A stretch of DNA of 63,359 nucleotides, filler included, from Chiloscyllium plagiosum (Eukaryota): the NCBI RefSeq assembly GCF_004010195.1. It is 4 parts of 2 records of this genome, joined end to end, with 100 filler letters (N's around TTAATTAATTAA, not from the genome) between each part and the next. Parts side by side here need not be neighbours in the genome. Positions count along the whole stretch, not along the records: positions 1 to 28,526 come from NC_057713.1; 3 more parts are not named here. One strand, 5' to 3'. The notes beneath the pieces are model-generated. The model did no database searches and was not told where the DNA came from. It saw only the letters and a program-made list of their open reading frames with translations. Of this stretch, positions 10,613-25,121 are shown piece by piece (the stretch's first letter is position 1; every line of letters starts with the position of its first letter). The position numbers and the translations under genes are program-made.

Positions 10613-10918
10613 ATTAGAGATTAGATTCTCTACAGTGTGGAAACAGGCCCTTTGGCCCAACAAGTCCACACTGACCCTCCGAAGAGTAACCCACCCAGAC
10701 CCATTTCCCTCTGACTAATGCACCTAACACTATGGGCAATTTAGCATGGCCAATTCACCTGAATTGCACATCTTTGGACTGTGAGAGGAAACCGGAGCAC
10801 CTGGTGGAAACCCACGCAGACACGGGGAGAATGTGCAAACTCCACACAGACAGTTGCCCAAGGCTGGAATCGAACCTGGACCCTGGTGCTGTGAGGCAGC
10901 AGTGCGAACCACTGAGCC
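10613..10918 (-). mobile_element. HE1-type tRNA-derived SINE
   Basis: V-domain gtggagtttgcacattctccccgtgtctgcgtggg, A/B-box head and (tctaa)n-like tail on the minus strand. Confidence 0.9.
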
Positions 10919-11350
10919 CCATTCTTAAAGAGAAATAAGTGGAGAGTTGGGTGGATTTACAGACGGAAGCTTAGAGGACACAAACATATGGGCACAGCTT
11001 GTTCTTAAAGCCCCCCATTTTGTTTTTATGACATCATCTGGTTCCACCTGATCACACAATAGATAAGTACTAACTGGACACTAAATCCCAATGCTTATGT
11101 TTTCATTTTGTATATCCCTGTTTGGAGTGACTTGTAAGACCTCATGTTTAAAACATTATTTTAGAAATAAAAATCATACTCAGGATTCTTCAGGCAATGC
11201 CCTGACCTGCGTCATTGGATGTACATGCCAACGTCATGTCACAGCAGCATATTAAATGGCTGGATACATTTTTTTTTGTATAATTATTAGCAAGGGCTGT
11301 GTTTTCTCAGGGCTTCTGGGACACCAGTATTAGGGGCTTGGGCTCTGTGG

Positions 11351-12745
11351 TTGAAGAGTGTTGTGCTAGAAAAGCACAGCTGATCAGGCAGCATCCGAGA
11401 ATCATTAGAGTCAACGTTTTGGGCATAAGCCCTTCATCAGAAATGAACCTTGTGGGCCCAGGGAGCTGAGAGATAAATGGGAGGGGTGTGGGGCTGGGGG
11501 GAAGGTAGCTAGGAATGCGATAGGTATATGGAAATAGGGGGTGAAAGTGATAGATCGGAGAGGAAGGTGGAGCAGGTAGGTGGGAAGAAAGTTGGATAGG
11601 TAGGACCGTTCAAGAGGGCAGTGCCAAGTTGGAAGGTTGGGACTGGGTTAAGGTGGCGGGAGGGGAAAGGGGGAAACTGATGAAATCCACATTGATCCAT
11701 GTGGTTGAAGGGTGCCAAGGTGGAAGATGAGGCATTCTTCCTCCAGGTGTCGGGTGCTAACTGTTTGGCGATGGAGGAGGCCTAGGACCTGCATGCCACT
11801 GGTGAAGTGGGAGGGGACGTTAAAGTGTTCAGTCACAGGCTGGTGAGATTGATTAATGTGGGTGTCCCAGAGATGTTCTCTGAAAAGATACTCATGTTGG
11901 CGTCCTGTCTCCCCAATATAGAGGAGACCAAATCAAGTGCAACAGTTACAGTAGATGATGTGTGTGAAAGTACAGGTAAATTTCTGTCTGATGTGGAAGG
12001 ATTCTTTGGAACCTTGGATGGAGGTGAGGGAGGGCGGTGTGGTGGTGGGGTCTGTTTGTAGGTGGTGGAAATGGTGGAGGATGATGCGATGTATCCAGAG
12101 GTTGGTGGGGTGGAAGTTAAGGACTGGAGGGTTCTGTCAATGTAGCAATTGGAAGGGTGGGGTTCAAGGGCAGAGGTGCAGGAAGTAGAGGAGATGCGCT
12201 AGAGAGTTTCATTGTGTGGGAAGTGGAGAAAATTGCCAACATGTAGGTCCTGGGCCTCCTTCATCACCAACATGCAGGTTCTGGGCCTCCTCCACCACCA
12301 AACCACCCAATGCCTGGAGGAAGAACGCCTCATCTTCTGCCTTGAGACCCTCCAACCACACAGGATCAATGTGGATTTCACTTGCTTCCTCACCTCCCCT
12401 CCCCCCACCTTATGCCAGTCCTGGCCTTCCAAGTCAGCACCGCCCTCTTGAACGGTCTTACCTATCCATCTTCCTTCCCACCTATCTGCTCCACCCTCCT
12501 CTTTGACCTATCACTTTCATCCTCACTTTCATCTACCTGTTGCATTCCCAGCTAGCTTCCTCGCAGCCCCCTCCCCCTCCCATTTATCTCTCAGCCACCC
12601 TGGCCCACAAGCCTCATTCCTGATGAAGGGATAATGCCCAAAATGTCGGCTCTACTGCTCCTTGGATGCTGTCTGACTGGGTGTGCTTTTCCAGCACCAC
12701 ACACTTTGACTCTGATCCCCAGCATCTGTGGTGGTCACTTTTGCC
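11351..12745. mobile_element. Penelope-like insertion: two inverted 3' segments (GIY-YIG end plus pseudo-LTR)
   Basis: HFNVPSH...LEEECLIFHLGTLQPHG on - and LEEERLIFCLETLQPHRINVDF on +; TSD tgggctctgt at 11339-11348 and 12746-12755; decayed hammerhead cores near 11410-11445 and 12615-12650. Confidence 0.88.
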
Positions 12746-15700
12746 TGGGCTCTGTAGCACAGTTGACTCATCAGTCTTCAGGAGGCAGTCTCCTCATTGG
12801 CTACCTCCAAACTCACTGCCCAGTTGAAGACAGTGGGCAAGCTCTCATTGCTGTGGGCCCAATCAGAAAGCAGCAGCTCTTGAACATCAGCAGTCCCAAT
12901 GAGAGACCGCAAGAGCAGCTCATGGTGAACATTTTGCAAAGTGAAGTGTGCCCACTCCTCCACTCACAGGAGGCTGTGACCCTTGGAACTTAGCAGACCC
13001 ACACTGAACTATTCTGTAGGATGTGTCACTGATTCCTGCTGATGGCCACCAACTTCCAGTTACAGGCTGCAGCTATATTGGGAGTCAGTTTGATTCTGGA
13101 AAATCCAGATGGAGTGTGAAGAGAATCCTCATATGCAGTTTAATTGGTTTGATTTGCTTCCCATTGCTGGAGGGTGGATAACTATCACTTACCGGGAAGG
13201 CATATTGCTATAGATAGGCCTGAGGTGGGAATATGACTGCATTCTGTTTTTAAAGGGGTAAGAAATTGTTGCTATGCCCACCTTTAAATTTGCATCAATT
13301 TCTATGAAAAAAATCTGAACAGTGATGTTTCTCATTCTCTTAGCAATGAGAATGAGAAAAAGTGATCACTATGGGTGACTGGAGATGATTTGAAAAAAAA
13401 ACTATTAAACTATAATCTGTTTCCTACTAGTACTAAATTTCTATCTAAGCAGTAACAATAGGATTAAAAGAAGTTACTCTTTTGTTCCTAAATATCTGGC
13501 GTCAGTCATCAAGATCAATTTCTATGACAAATTATTCTTGTTATTGTCTATTTCGCATGAACTTAATCTTCCTTAGTTTCTCCTTCCATGAATGCTTCTG
13601 AATGGAATGCCCAGAAGGTTGTTCTCATATGACCAAACCCTCAAACCGTCTTTAATCTACACATTAATGTTGTTTCTTATTGAAGTCAAGTCTTTTATTA
13701 AAACAATCTTGATAATTTACATCCTGGATAATCCTAGTGTTCAATATTTTATGTTCTAATTACTTCAGTATTCCTTTATCAAAAAAAAACCTCAATTTGC
13801 AGACACTATCTGTTCCTACTGTCTCTCTGGATAGATGATGAAGTAATCTATATTCACATGCAGCAACATGCAAGTTAGGGCTGATAAGCAGGGGAAACAT
13901 TTGTCCTGCAGAATTGTCAGGCAATTACAATTTCCAATGAAAGAGAACCTACCTCCCTCCCCTTGAGGTTCGCATTACCATTGCCTCCCTAAAATTCTTG
14001 TCATTTAAATTAGTATTTCTACAATAATATAAAAGCTGGTATTGTATCTACTCTTGAATGACAATGAGCTGGATTTTCTTGGCCCTTGAATGATATCAGT
14101 AATATGAAAGAGTTGGAAACATATAGTGGGACTGGAAAAATGAGATTCCCAATCTCAAAATAGGTTTTGAACAGGGAGATAAAAATTTCAACAGTCAGTA
14201 GTGAGAGACCTATTTGCATATATTTATGTCTCACTTGTGCTAAATCATGCCTCAATTGGTAGGCAGTTTCCTAATCTCCCACAAGATGGTCACAATTCCC
14301 GAAATGAAAGTTACTGGCTCCAGATTGCTGCTTGCTTCCAATTTTGATAGAAGTCTCCAATATATCAGGTTATACTCAATGGGCAGCGACTACTGCACCA
14401 CTCATTCACAGATGTTGGCATCAGACACATATCGGCCTCACCACATTATCATGACATAGGTACGACCCACTTAGAATCCAGTTCTCCACTTCAATGCTGC
14501 ACGCTAGAGCACATCAGCATTTTGTGAGCAGGGTCAAGCATCTTTTTCCTGGATGAGATCAGCATCTCTGCACTCCTTGGCTTGCTTTCTTAGCACTCAC
14601 TTACTCTGCGCCTACTTGGATACTGACAGTTTCTCTGCCCTGACTTGCCTTTGCCTTGCCTTTTTGGCCTTTGCTGCTTCTTTCAGAACTTAAAGGTACA
14701 CAGATGTTCTGTCTTGCCTTGCAAACCAGGCCTGGTTGTCATGGTTGTCAGTAATGGCCATTCATGGAGGGGACATGCCTCCGTTAGTTTTACACCTGAA
14801 CCATCTATCAGCAGCTTACATAACAAACACATGACATCAGTTTCAACCAACTGACCACATCTCAAATTCTAATGGGCGTAGTCCTCAATCAAGTTAAGGG
14901 GAAATATCCAACTGTGTAGGATACAAATTCTAGTAACAAATAATCTTAATCATGTTATCAATCATAGTCGTCTCTGTGAAGAAAAAGTATTCACAGCTGA
15001 CCTTAAAAGTGACACCCGTACAAGGCTACACACTCAAGCTGATTTCCTCTCACCTTGAACTGAAAGTATTCACCAATGTGTTTCTGCATGCAATGCTGCC
15101 ATTCTTGTGTGGTATAGCAGGTGAGGGAAGGGGGAACAAGATCCTATCCTTGTGTGGTGTCAGTGATGGCTACTCACATTACTAAGCACCTCTTCTGTTT
15201 CTGAAAATATAACACAGATTCAGCAGAACCTTGACCAATGGATCTATCCAGAGTAGGGGTCATCATTGCTCTGACTGTGCTGCTACAGAGGCATAAAGAA
15301 ATAGAAGAGGAACAACATTGAAATTTCATGTATCTATTAAATGTTGCTCTGGAAAGCAAAAGATATTCACTGTGTGTAGGAAAATTGTAGCCTATAAATG
15401 TGCACAAATTAAGTCCACTGGTGCACATAGACAGTGTTTCCACCCGTGAATGAAAGTGTCAATTTGTTGAAGAACTAATGTCTCCAATGCTGTGTGTGGA
15501 ATGAGCAAATGGACAAAACGTCTTGACACAGATATAACTGCAATCCAGATGTGTAGCTCAGGAACTCTGTGCAAATTCTTTGAGTGGATGTGAAAGTATA
15601 AATACAATTAAACACACATTGGAGATTTAATAAGATACATATTCCCTTGCCTGTCTACATTCCAGACTGCTTGAAGAAGAAGCTGAAGGATTCCACATGT

Positions 15701-17099
15701 ACATGCTCATCACAAAGAATCCCCAATACACTATAGCATTCATTTTCCTCCATGGTATGAACAGCTACAAAAAAAGATTCAAACGGATGAACCACTTTTG
15801 TAACTTATCTCATAAATGCATTGTTATTATCTAATTTATTTTTCTTGGTCGAAATGATAAGATTATAGTATATGGCAAGGCAGGTAGTACATGTGGTAAC
15901 GTTGGGCATTCATATGTGCGTTTTACTGTGATACTCGTTAGAGCACATGGATTTCGCATCAATATTTAGTGCACTTTTACAAATCACTTTCACTGCCTTG
16001 TAAAGATGTGGAAAACGTATGTGAGAACAGTGATCATGCTATCTGCTCTCAGAACCAATAGAATATTGTCTAAATGTAGACAATACCAGCTGTTGTGCCA
16101 TCACTTTTCATCTCCTTCTAAAGTACTACATAGTGATGAAGAACAAGTGGGGGGCCAATTAGCTCAGTTGGCTAGCTTGCTACAGTGTGGTGCAGAATGC
16201 TGCAAAGTAGTTTTCCCCTATCACACAATACTAAGCAAGCCCTTATTAGGAAAGAGTATGGAGGCAATACAACTATCAAATAGCTCATACATGATGAGCA
16301 ATGGTGATCATACATCTTGCAACATGGTTGCTGACGGCTGGGGTGCTGATGTGAAAAAGAGAGGGCAACAGGAAGGGAAGGCAGTGCTGGCAGCCTGCAG
16401 ACCCAATAATACCCTCAGAGGGTTTCCTTTGCAGCACTATGTCCTTTGATCACTTTAATACGATCTCTACACTGATGTTAAAATTCTGCCTGTCTCTACT
16501 GCTGGAGGAGCATTGGGATTTAGCTCTCTTCATGTCATTCAATCAATAAAAGTTGGCTGACAACTCCAAAAATAATTTTTGAAACTTTTGGAATTTAACT
16601 CAAAAGACTTAGAATATATAAGTGAAGAAGCGATGCTTAAGTTATATGGTCATGGTCAGACCTGATCAGGAGTTTTGTTACCCTAAACAATTTTTAAACA
16701 ATGTGACAAGTGAATTGGAATAGAAAATTATGCGCCCAAATGAAAATAAGAGATTTTTAAAAATGATATGGTGGAAGCTGTTTACCAAGGTAACAGGACA
16801 AAATGATTTTCATGCATGTCGCGAAATTGTTCCTTTTTCTTCAAGTTTTTATCAAATTAGTTTTTGTTAAATATAACTAATGCTTTCATTCTTAGTATTT
16901 GGATGTTCAATATAAATATATGGTACCTATTGAATACTAACACCTGTACGCAGAATACACATTTCATTGACACCATTTGTGCTTGTTGTTGTAGGAAAAT
17001 CCAATATAGTACCTATAGCACCTGATAAGAAATTTTAGATCTTTATGGTGTCACACCTTGGAAATGGTTTGAAGGGATTAAAATGGTGAGTGACAAATA

Positions 17100-18062
17100 A
17101 GTCAGAATTACAACTATGATCAAAATTGAGATATTTAGGAAAACTATCAATCTGTACTTGGGTCTTATTGATGCTGAAGAGATCAGAATTTGGAGAAGAT
17201 TAAGGAACTTCAGGAAGGCACGGACAGGCTAGCAGAATGAGATTTTAATATTGCTAAAAGACAGGTAATGGAAAACAAACAAGCAGTGTGAGTGTACATT
17301 CAGTGGAAAAAGAAAACCACTAAAGGATATGAACATAAGCTATAGGTGGTCAAGTGCATAATCTGCTGCAAGTGAGAGTTCAGATAGACAAAAAAACAAC
17401 ATAGGGTTTGGTTTTATAAACAGGAAGTGTAAATGAATTTATATGTCATTTGTCTATTTACATCAGCATGTAGTGAAGTTTATAGAAGAACTTCTGTTTA
17501 AATAAAGCTTTGGCCAGATCACAGGAAGTAATCTTGGAGACCTTGTTATGTAAAAGGACATTAAAACCATATGACATCTTCACATGCATCAGAATGGTGC
17601 CAGGAATGGGAAACTGATTATAAAGAAAGACCTGAGATACTGGGATTGTTTCTACTGGAGCATGGGAAGGTATGAGGAAATTTAGTGAAGAATTTTCCTG
17701 AGTGGATAGGGAATAATAATTATCTTTGAATTGGCAAATCATTGAAAAGGGGTCATTAGTTTGAAATTGTTGATAATAAGGGGCATACTTTGAGGATGAA
17801 AGGCATGGGGTTTAGGGGAGAGGTGAGGAAAACATTTTTCACCAAGAGGATGGTTGGATCTGGAATGCTCTGCCTGGGGGTTAGTAGAGATAGGTCATCT
17901 CACAAGCTTAAAAACGTACTTGGATTAGCACTTGAAATGTCATAACATTCAAGGCTATGGGAAAGTGCTGGAAAATGGCATGAGTGTAAATTTTGTGTAG
18001 GTTTAGTGGTAAAGACTTGATGAACCAAAGGACCTCTTCTGTACTGTTTGATGCTATGCTAT
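17100..18062 (+). mobile_element. Old CR1/HER1 LINE 3' fragments
   Basis: Decayed ORF2 C-terminus (FFT.R.VG.WN.LP motif near 17835-17875) and a ctatg-repeat tail. Confidence 0.6.
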
Positions 18063-21000
18063 GCCCTCGAATTCCAGTGCACTATGGCAATGAATCAAAA
18101 CACAGATAAATAAAACTCAATTTTAATATGTCCATTCTGATTTCGAATCTCTCTGTAGATTAATACTTTTAATTTAAAGCATTCTTTAATATAAACTTTT
18201 GTACCCACTTCTGGATACCCCCTTTTGGGAGATTTATATGTCTATCAGTCTTGTGAGTTGCTCTCAGATCTTAAGCTCCAACAAAGGCCTCTGAACCCAA
18301 TTCCCAACATCTCAGCATTGAGAATTGCAAGCATCCAATTTTGATTTCAAGCTGATACAGAGACAATAATAGTGTATGAGGATCATATGCCATGCATAGC
18401 ATCAATGCAGATGTATGAAACATGTAATGTGGAGCGGTTTATTTCATTAACTAATATACTGGTGTTGCTGAATTTAACCAATGTATATGAATATCATTAT
18501 TCTGTGACTTAAGACTGCTATAATGAGTAACAACTAGGATATTAGGCAATGAATCTTGACTTGTATCTTAAACTAGAAATTAAACTAAATTAAACTCTCA
18601 ATCCGCAGGGTTATTGATCACAGAGAAGGCACCAATACTTTTAGTTGACCATCCCAAAGGATGCAATGCAGGATTCCTGCCAGCTCTGCAGCTGAAGAGC
18701 AAAATCCCCATCACTTCTATTAAATATTACCCTGCTATTTCGAAAATGTTTCATTTATTTATACTATATACAGAGGAATGATTAATGAAAGTGTTTTGTA
18801 GTCATCAGTTTCTGCTACATTAATTGTCTGACCTTTCTGACTAACTGGCCTTTTTTTTAAGAAATCTTATGTCTTGATTTTGCTTTATAGTTTCCTTGTT
18901 CCACACCAAGATTTTTCCTATTCTGTGGGTAACTTTAATTTGTTATTTCAGAAGCACACACTTCAAATCACAAAAAGAAGGCATTCAGACTGCTACAGCT
19001 ATAACTGACTTTATTAGATCTATGCAAAACTAACTTAACTGCTCCACACCTTCCTTTTGCTTTGTATAGTCCTCTACTTCAAAGCTGTCTCAACTTTTCT
19101 CTTTAATTATGCAACAAGGTGTGTCTCATCACTTCTCCAAAGCAGAACTTTCCATACTGCAACATTTTCTGGCATAATTACATTATGATGAAGGGAACAT
19201 CTCCTCCTATGATCTGAGACTATCCTCCTCACTGTTAACCACCCAGCCAACCTTGTGTCATCCACAAACTTACTTATTATCTCCCCCTGCCCACACATTC
19301 TCATCTACATCATTTGTACATATCATGATTTGTAATGTATGCAAAGTTTCCCAAGTTAACTGATTTTCAGATTCAGATTGAAAGCATGAACCAGGCTGCT
19401 GCACTGAACAAGTATCACTATTTACTACAATTAATTAAACTCTAGTTACAGGTAAACAAAATAAACCATTGTCATTTAATACTACTAATTAAAACTCTAA
19501 TACTCTAAAACCCCCATTACATGCACACCGACAGACAGACAGACTTAAATAGTTATGAACAGTGGGGAAAGATTGGAAAGCCAGTTCTGTCATCTTTGTT
19601 CCCAGGTTCTATTGCTGAGATGATCCTAATGACTCTACTAGTGGCCAGCACCTTGCTTCAGTCATCTTTCTCCAGATACTAAGAGATGCAAGGTAACTGG
19701 TTCGCTCAGTAATAAGTCTCTTATTAGTTAAATGTCACAGCTTACAACAACTGTTGTAGAACAGATAAATTGATTTGCTTCAGGTTTTACAATGAGGTTT
19801 GACTATAGAGTGCAGAGAAACCTATCCTGAGGTGGGGATGAACTGAAAACGCATGTCTCTGCAGCTTGTTCCTAGCTCCAAACTGTTCCGTTACCTGAGA
19901 ACCAATCACACAGTTGTTTCAGGTAGAAAAGCATCTTTGTCACTGATAACTGGCCCATGGTCCATAGACCAAATCAATTTCTTGTTACCAGCAGAAAGTG
20001 ACACCTGTATACATTCCTCAGCTCAAAGTCATCTGCAACTCAAGCTCCAATTCAGCTTTGTTGAATCATTTATGATGCTTGCTATGGTTGTCATGTTGCT
20101 TGCTTTCCAAAACATGTTGCACCGTTTCAAAACATTTGTTTTAAAACATTTCTTTGTCATTTGAGTCCACAGTTTTTAACAGCACCAACAATAAAAAAAA
20201 TCAGTCCTTTCAACTGGTATGATACAAGGCACATCTGATATGACGTAAGGCAGCCAGTCATGCAACAATTACATTAACGGTATTGAAATTCGTGCTAGGA
20301 TAACCAAAATGGCAGTCTGTGTGTTGAATACACTACAAGCACACTTTCAAGAGCTGATCAAGGGCACAAACAAGACTGGAATTCACATCCAAATGCATGG
20401 TCAATATGTATTAAAGATTACATGTTCAAGAATGCAATTTGTTAGTCACTTCTGGGCTTGAAAGTAATCACATTTGGCAAATATAATGAACAACTAAGAT
20501 GCCAATGGATTACTTTATTGTCAAGGATACAGGTAGTTTGTGTTTTTCAGGGTAAGTGGACAAAATCAGAGAATTTGAACCTGAGACACTTGCAAAATAA
20601 AATTAGAAATTGTCTCCATGGGTTTTCAGTGCAAGGTGATTGTCTAGCCATTATACCACCTATCTAATTTTCCATTCATTCACCAGAAAGTAATGACCTT
20701 AATTATAAACAGATGGAATTAAGGAACGTGATCCCAAAAGAGTGCAAAACTCCTGAATGCATGCAATAAATGTGGTATTTGACTTATTCAAGTACTATAA
20801 ATCAATGATCCTATCCATATTACATTGAACAGCGTGATGACATCATGCACACTACTGCATAATAGATCACAGTAGATGGATCCAGTTCAGAAATTGGCCT
20901 GCAAACTGCATTTCATCAGTGGGAGATTGGTAGAGAACCAACAGTTTCATTTGTTCCATTGCCAAGGTTGTTCCAATAGACTTTTGGGAATGTGTTTTGG

Positions 21001-21799
21001 CAGTTGTCAGAGCCATTCCAGTCTCAAAAGTGTAACATAACTGGAGTATAGTATTACCAGTGAAACTACTGGGAAAACAACTGCAGAACTAATGTGTGCC
21101 ATTCTGTATAATACAGACGTTACATAATAAACCGCACAGTCCTAAAGTCTGCTCTGTAACTGTGAGATGTTCTTTCAGTTTTTACATAACTATTACCATT
21201 AGTCTGATTTTAAAAAATGACAAATTGAGAGTGTCAATATGAATCCAATCAATTATCTTTCAGTAATTATCGTTACCTTTGTAGCTCCATCTTGCAGACA
21301 ATGTACATAAATATAAATATTAAGACAAAACCTGATAAATTGATATACCTTTCAACATATCAAAATCATAGGTTACTTTAACCATGAAAGCCTCAAACAA
21401 GAATACAAAACTTGTGAAAATCAGTATTAATATTTAAGTGATTTATTTGAATTATTAAATGAATAATTTTGTGCAAGGCTTTATAACAGGCATTGTTGGA
21501 GCTGCATGTGCTGTTTTGTGCTTGAAGTGCAGTTCTTTGCACTTGTCTACCTTTCACTCTCAACATGAGAGGCGCGGCACCTAGTCTTTCGGTTCCGACC
21601 CAGCCGCATTTTATTTTGAGTTATCACAATGATAAGTTCTTTTATTGTAAATATTCTTCTGTATGCCAAGAGGTGTCTGTATTGAAATTTTAAACGTAAC
21701 ATTTAAGTAACAAACATTGAGGAAATACTGTGAGCCCTCATCAATGGAAAAGAAATCAAATGGTACTGGAGTCAAGGCATTGTTCACAAATAATGAAAT

Positions 21800-21975
21800 G
21801 GTGGAGGTTGGTAAAATTACAACATTTAAAAGGCATCTGGATGGGTCCCTGAATAGGAAGAGTGAAGAGGGATATGGGCTAAATGCTGACAAATGATTAA
21901 TTTAGGATATCTGGTCAGCATGGACAATTTGGACCAAAGGGTCTGTTTCTACGCTGTACAACTCTATGACACTAA
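21800..21975 (+). mobile_element. CR1/HER1 LINE 3' fragment
   Basis: ggtggaggttggtaaaattacaacatttaaaaggcatctggatggg...actctatgac matches 40030-40205. Confidence 0.8.
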
Positions 21976-22050
21976 TTCACTATTATGTGAGTATATAGAA
22001 ATGGGATTCAAAGAAAGAGACGGAATGAGAGAAGGATTTATATATCAAGT

Positions 22051-22669
22051 TGTGATGGACCAGACCAGACCCCCTCAAAACATTTCAAGAAAACGCCCAG
22101 ACTGTAACTTTGCTATTTGTTTTAAGCAGGTGTAATGCGATATTTCAGGAGGGTCAAACCACGTAGCTTTAAACAAAATAGATTTTATTTCCAAGGTTAC
22201 CAAATGAAACACAAACAAAAGAGAACAGAATCTAAAATAACTTAACCCATCGGAAAACCCAACAGATCATCCCAACTTAACAATGCTGTTCTAATGCTTG
22301 CAACAATCGCCATAAACACCCCTTGGCACAAAAGGTAAAATCAAACACAGGGTCTTATAGGAGAGATGTCAGAGAGAGAGAGAGTACCATCATGGACCTG
22401 CTTCTTTGGGTCTAATAGGTTCAAAAACACTGCTGTGCTAAAAACAAACCAAACCAGAGAAAAGCTGAGCTGGGAGACCTGGTTATTCCCCTTTCATTGT
22501 AAAAGTGTTTTTTTAAACCTTGAAAGCCTTTTGTCTGAGGCAGTATCTGTTACTTATAATCAAACTGGTCCTAAAGCCCATCCAAACTGTGGAGTCTGTG
22601 TCTTTTATGACCTCTCTGAAAAAAAAACCAAGGACAACATAACCTTGTTAAAGGAGCAGCATTGTCAAA
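22051..22669. mobile_element. Solo LTR (~620 bp)
   Basis: Begins tgtgatg, ends cattgtcaaa (decayed ...caca); 4-bp TSD AAGT at 22047-22050 and 22670-22673. Confidence 0.7.
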
Positions 22670-23416
22670 AAGTTAATGAGAAAGAGGAAAAATAAGAGGG
22701 AGAAGGAAATGAAAGAAGAATTGGTAAGTGCAATTTTTCAAGAAAATAGTTGAAACAAAATATGTCAATTTAGATTGAAATTAAAATTAGGAGTGTCTTT
22801 GCTGTGGCAAAAATGCTGGAAGAAGCATGGCATCTGAAATTCCACACTCAACTTGACATTTCTCATTTTTGCTGGAGCAGAATTGTGAGCAGTCCATAGG
22901 CTATTTATCCGTGACTTGTAGAGGCAGTCAGCTATTTAAAGACTAGTTACTTCTGTTCAAATCAAATTTTGGAGTCCCTTGGATCTGGAACCCAGAGTGT
23001 GGAATTTAGAGCAGGTAAGACCAGGTCTATTCACAGTGCATTTTCATGTGATAGCCAAGGTACTGGTTTCAAGAGCTGACGTAGACCTGCACTGTGGCAC
23101 CAGGATATTTTCGGAGTGGGGCATCAGCGAGTATCATGTACCAGGGCCAGTGATCCTTTGAAAGGGGTCAGGTAATCTTTGGGACTTTTAATCTAGGAGG
23201 AGATTGTGTGTAAAAGACACATAAACCTCTAGGAACAGTCTAACTTGTCAAGACTTGTCAAGGAATGCCTGTAAGCCTTAACAAGTATTGATTTGTCAAA
23301 AGATGTTAGGAAGTGGCAATATGTGTTTTATATGAATGAGAGTGCTGTTTTCAACACAGTGTAGACTACAATGTAGAAGTTTAAGTAATTGAACTCTATT
23401 TTTTCTCCTATTGTGC

Positions 23417-24070
23417 AGAGTCATAGAGTTATAGAGATGTACAACATGGAAACAGACCCTTCGGTCCAACTAGTCCATGCTGACTAGATATCCCATCCAA
23501 ATCTAATCCCATTTGCTAGCACTTGGCCCAAATCCCTCTAAACCCTTCCTATTGATATACCCATCCAGATGTCTTTTAAATGTTGTAATTGTACCAGCCC
23601 CCACCACTTCCTCTGGCAGCTCATTCCATACATGCACCATACTCTACGTGAAAAAGTCACTCGTTAGGTTCCTTTTAAATTTTTCCCCTCTCACCTTAAA
23701 CCTATGCCCTCTAGTTCTGGACTCCCCCACCCCAGGAAAAAGACCTTGTCTATTTACCCTATCCATGCCCCTCATGATTTTAAAACCTCCGCCTCCAATG
23801 CTCCATGGAAAACAGCACCAGCCTATTTAGCCTCTCCCTGTGGCTCAAATCCTCCAAATCTGGCAGCATCCTTGTAAAGCTTTTCTGAACCCTATTTCAC
23901 AACATCCTTCTGATAGGAGGGAGACAGAATTGCGCACAATATTCTAAAAATGGCCAAACCAATGATCTGTACAGTCACAACATGACCTCCCAATTCCTAT
24001 ACTCAATACGCTGACCAAGAAAGGAAAGCATACCAAATGCCTTCTTCATTATCCTATCTACCTGCGACTT
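23417..24070 (-). mobile_element. CR1/HER1 LINE 3' end
   Basis: ORF2 C-terminus (QVDRIMKKAFGMLSF) and agagtcat tail; same subfamily as 30940-31782 and 39866-40205. Confidence 0.9.
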
Positions 24071-24476
24071 GTGGATGAGTTGGCATGGTAGGTGAAGCAG
24101 AAAAGGGTGGTTGGTGGAAGTAGGCACTAAGATGACAAGGGGGTGGGCATGATAGGCCATGGTAATGGTGTAGAATAGTATAGATAGCGGCAGAGGATAG
24201 AAGGTTATAAGAGTAGCTGTCACATAGGTATGAGGGGCTATGGGGCTCATAGATTGACAGGGATTGACATGGATGGGACCTGGAGATTAAAGAGTACAAG
24301 CAAAAGGGTCATTTTATGTTTATATTTTTATTTTTAAACATTAAAAACATGCTGGAGTCTCCAGACATGCTTTCCTTGCGCAGTGCGAAGTGTTGGGTTT
24401 GAGTTTGGGACCAACAGGTTCAGCGGTCTCATGGCAGTGATGACATTGGTGGAGGCAAGATGGCGCTGAACAATGG

Positions 24477-25121
24477 TGTGGGAAAAGATCTGCCACCCTG
24501 CCTACCCACAGCATGGCCACAGGGAAAACATGAAATCAAACCTGTTCAAACCATACAAGGAAAACTCAGAATGCTTCAGCATTGACCAAACAGGCTGACA
24601 AGAGAAACCAGACATGACCATAGTCACTCGCAGACCAGGGAATACACTTCCCAAGACAAACTAACAATAAGCTTCCTGGACCCGATCAACACAGCTGTCC
24701 CAAAGCCCTAAGGGCTGTCTCATACCCAAGTTATACCAAAGCCACACGAAGGACAGGTCAGATGGAGAGGCACCAGAATACCTTACTCACAGGAGAGAAA
24801 CATTGGAAATACCTTACTGCTTTAAAAGGGACATTCTCACCTACCCTTGAAGAGAGCTGGAATCTCCTGATCCCATTAAAAACTGTTTGATGCTGCCAGG
24901 ATGCTACATTGTATCTACAATCAGGACATTCTTCTGATAACAGCTTTGCAGTTATCACCATCATAACTGGATTACTTAATTATCTAATACATTGCAGTTT
25001 CCTTATTTTTAATTAACATCATTGTACAAGATTCCGATAGAACCTTGATTTTCAGCTCGAGTTAATGTCACTTTGATCTGTGTTTTGTGATCTCTGCTTT
25101 ATTGGGCTAATCTTTCTGACA
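24477..25121. mobile_element. Solo LTR (645 bp) nested in another repeat
   Basis: TG...CA ends with perfect 5-bp TSD AATGG at 24472-24476 and 25122-25126. Confidence 0.75.

Noticed and set aside
10730..10938. Recurrent peptides such as MGNLAWPIHL...CKLHTDS, suggesting a gene family
   Set aside because: They are HE1 SINE translations (also at 29580, 41422, 44154, 44981, 53133).
16995..17091. Possible host exon (TAG...GTGAGT)
   Set aside because: Weak pyrimidine tract, no recognisable peptide, lies among decayed LINE fragments.
20215..21300. Candidate enhancer (CRE-like tgacgtaa and tgacatca; GATA cluster at 46200-46500)
   Set aside because: Short motifs are expected by chance; needs conservation or chromatin data.
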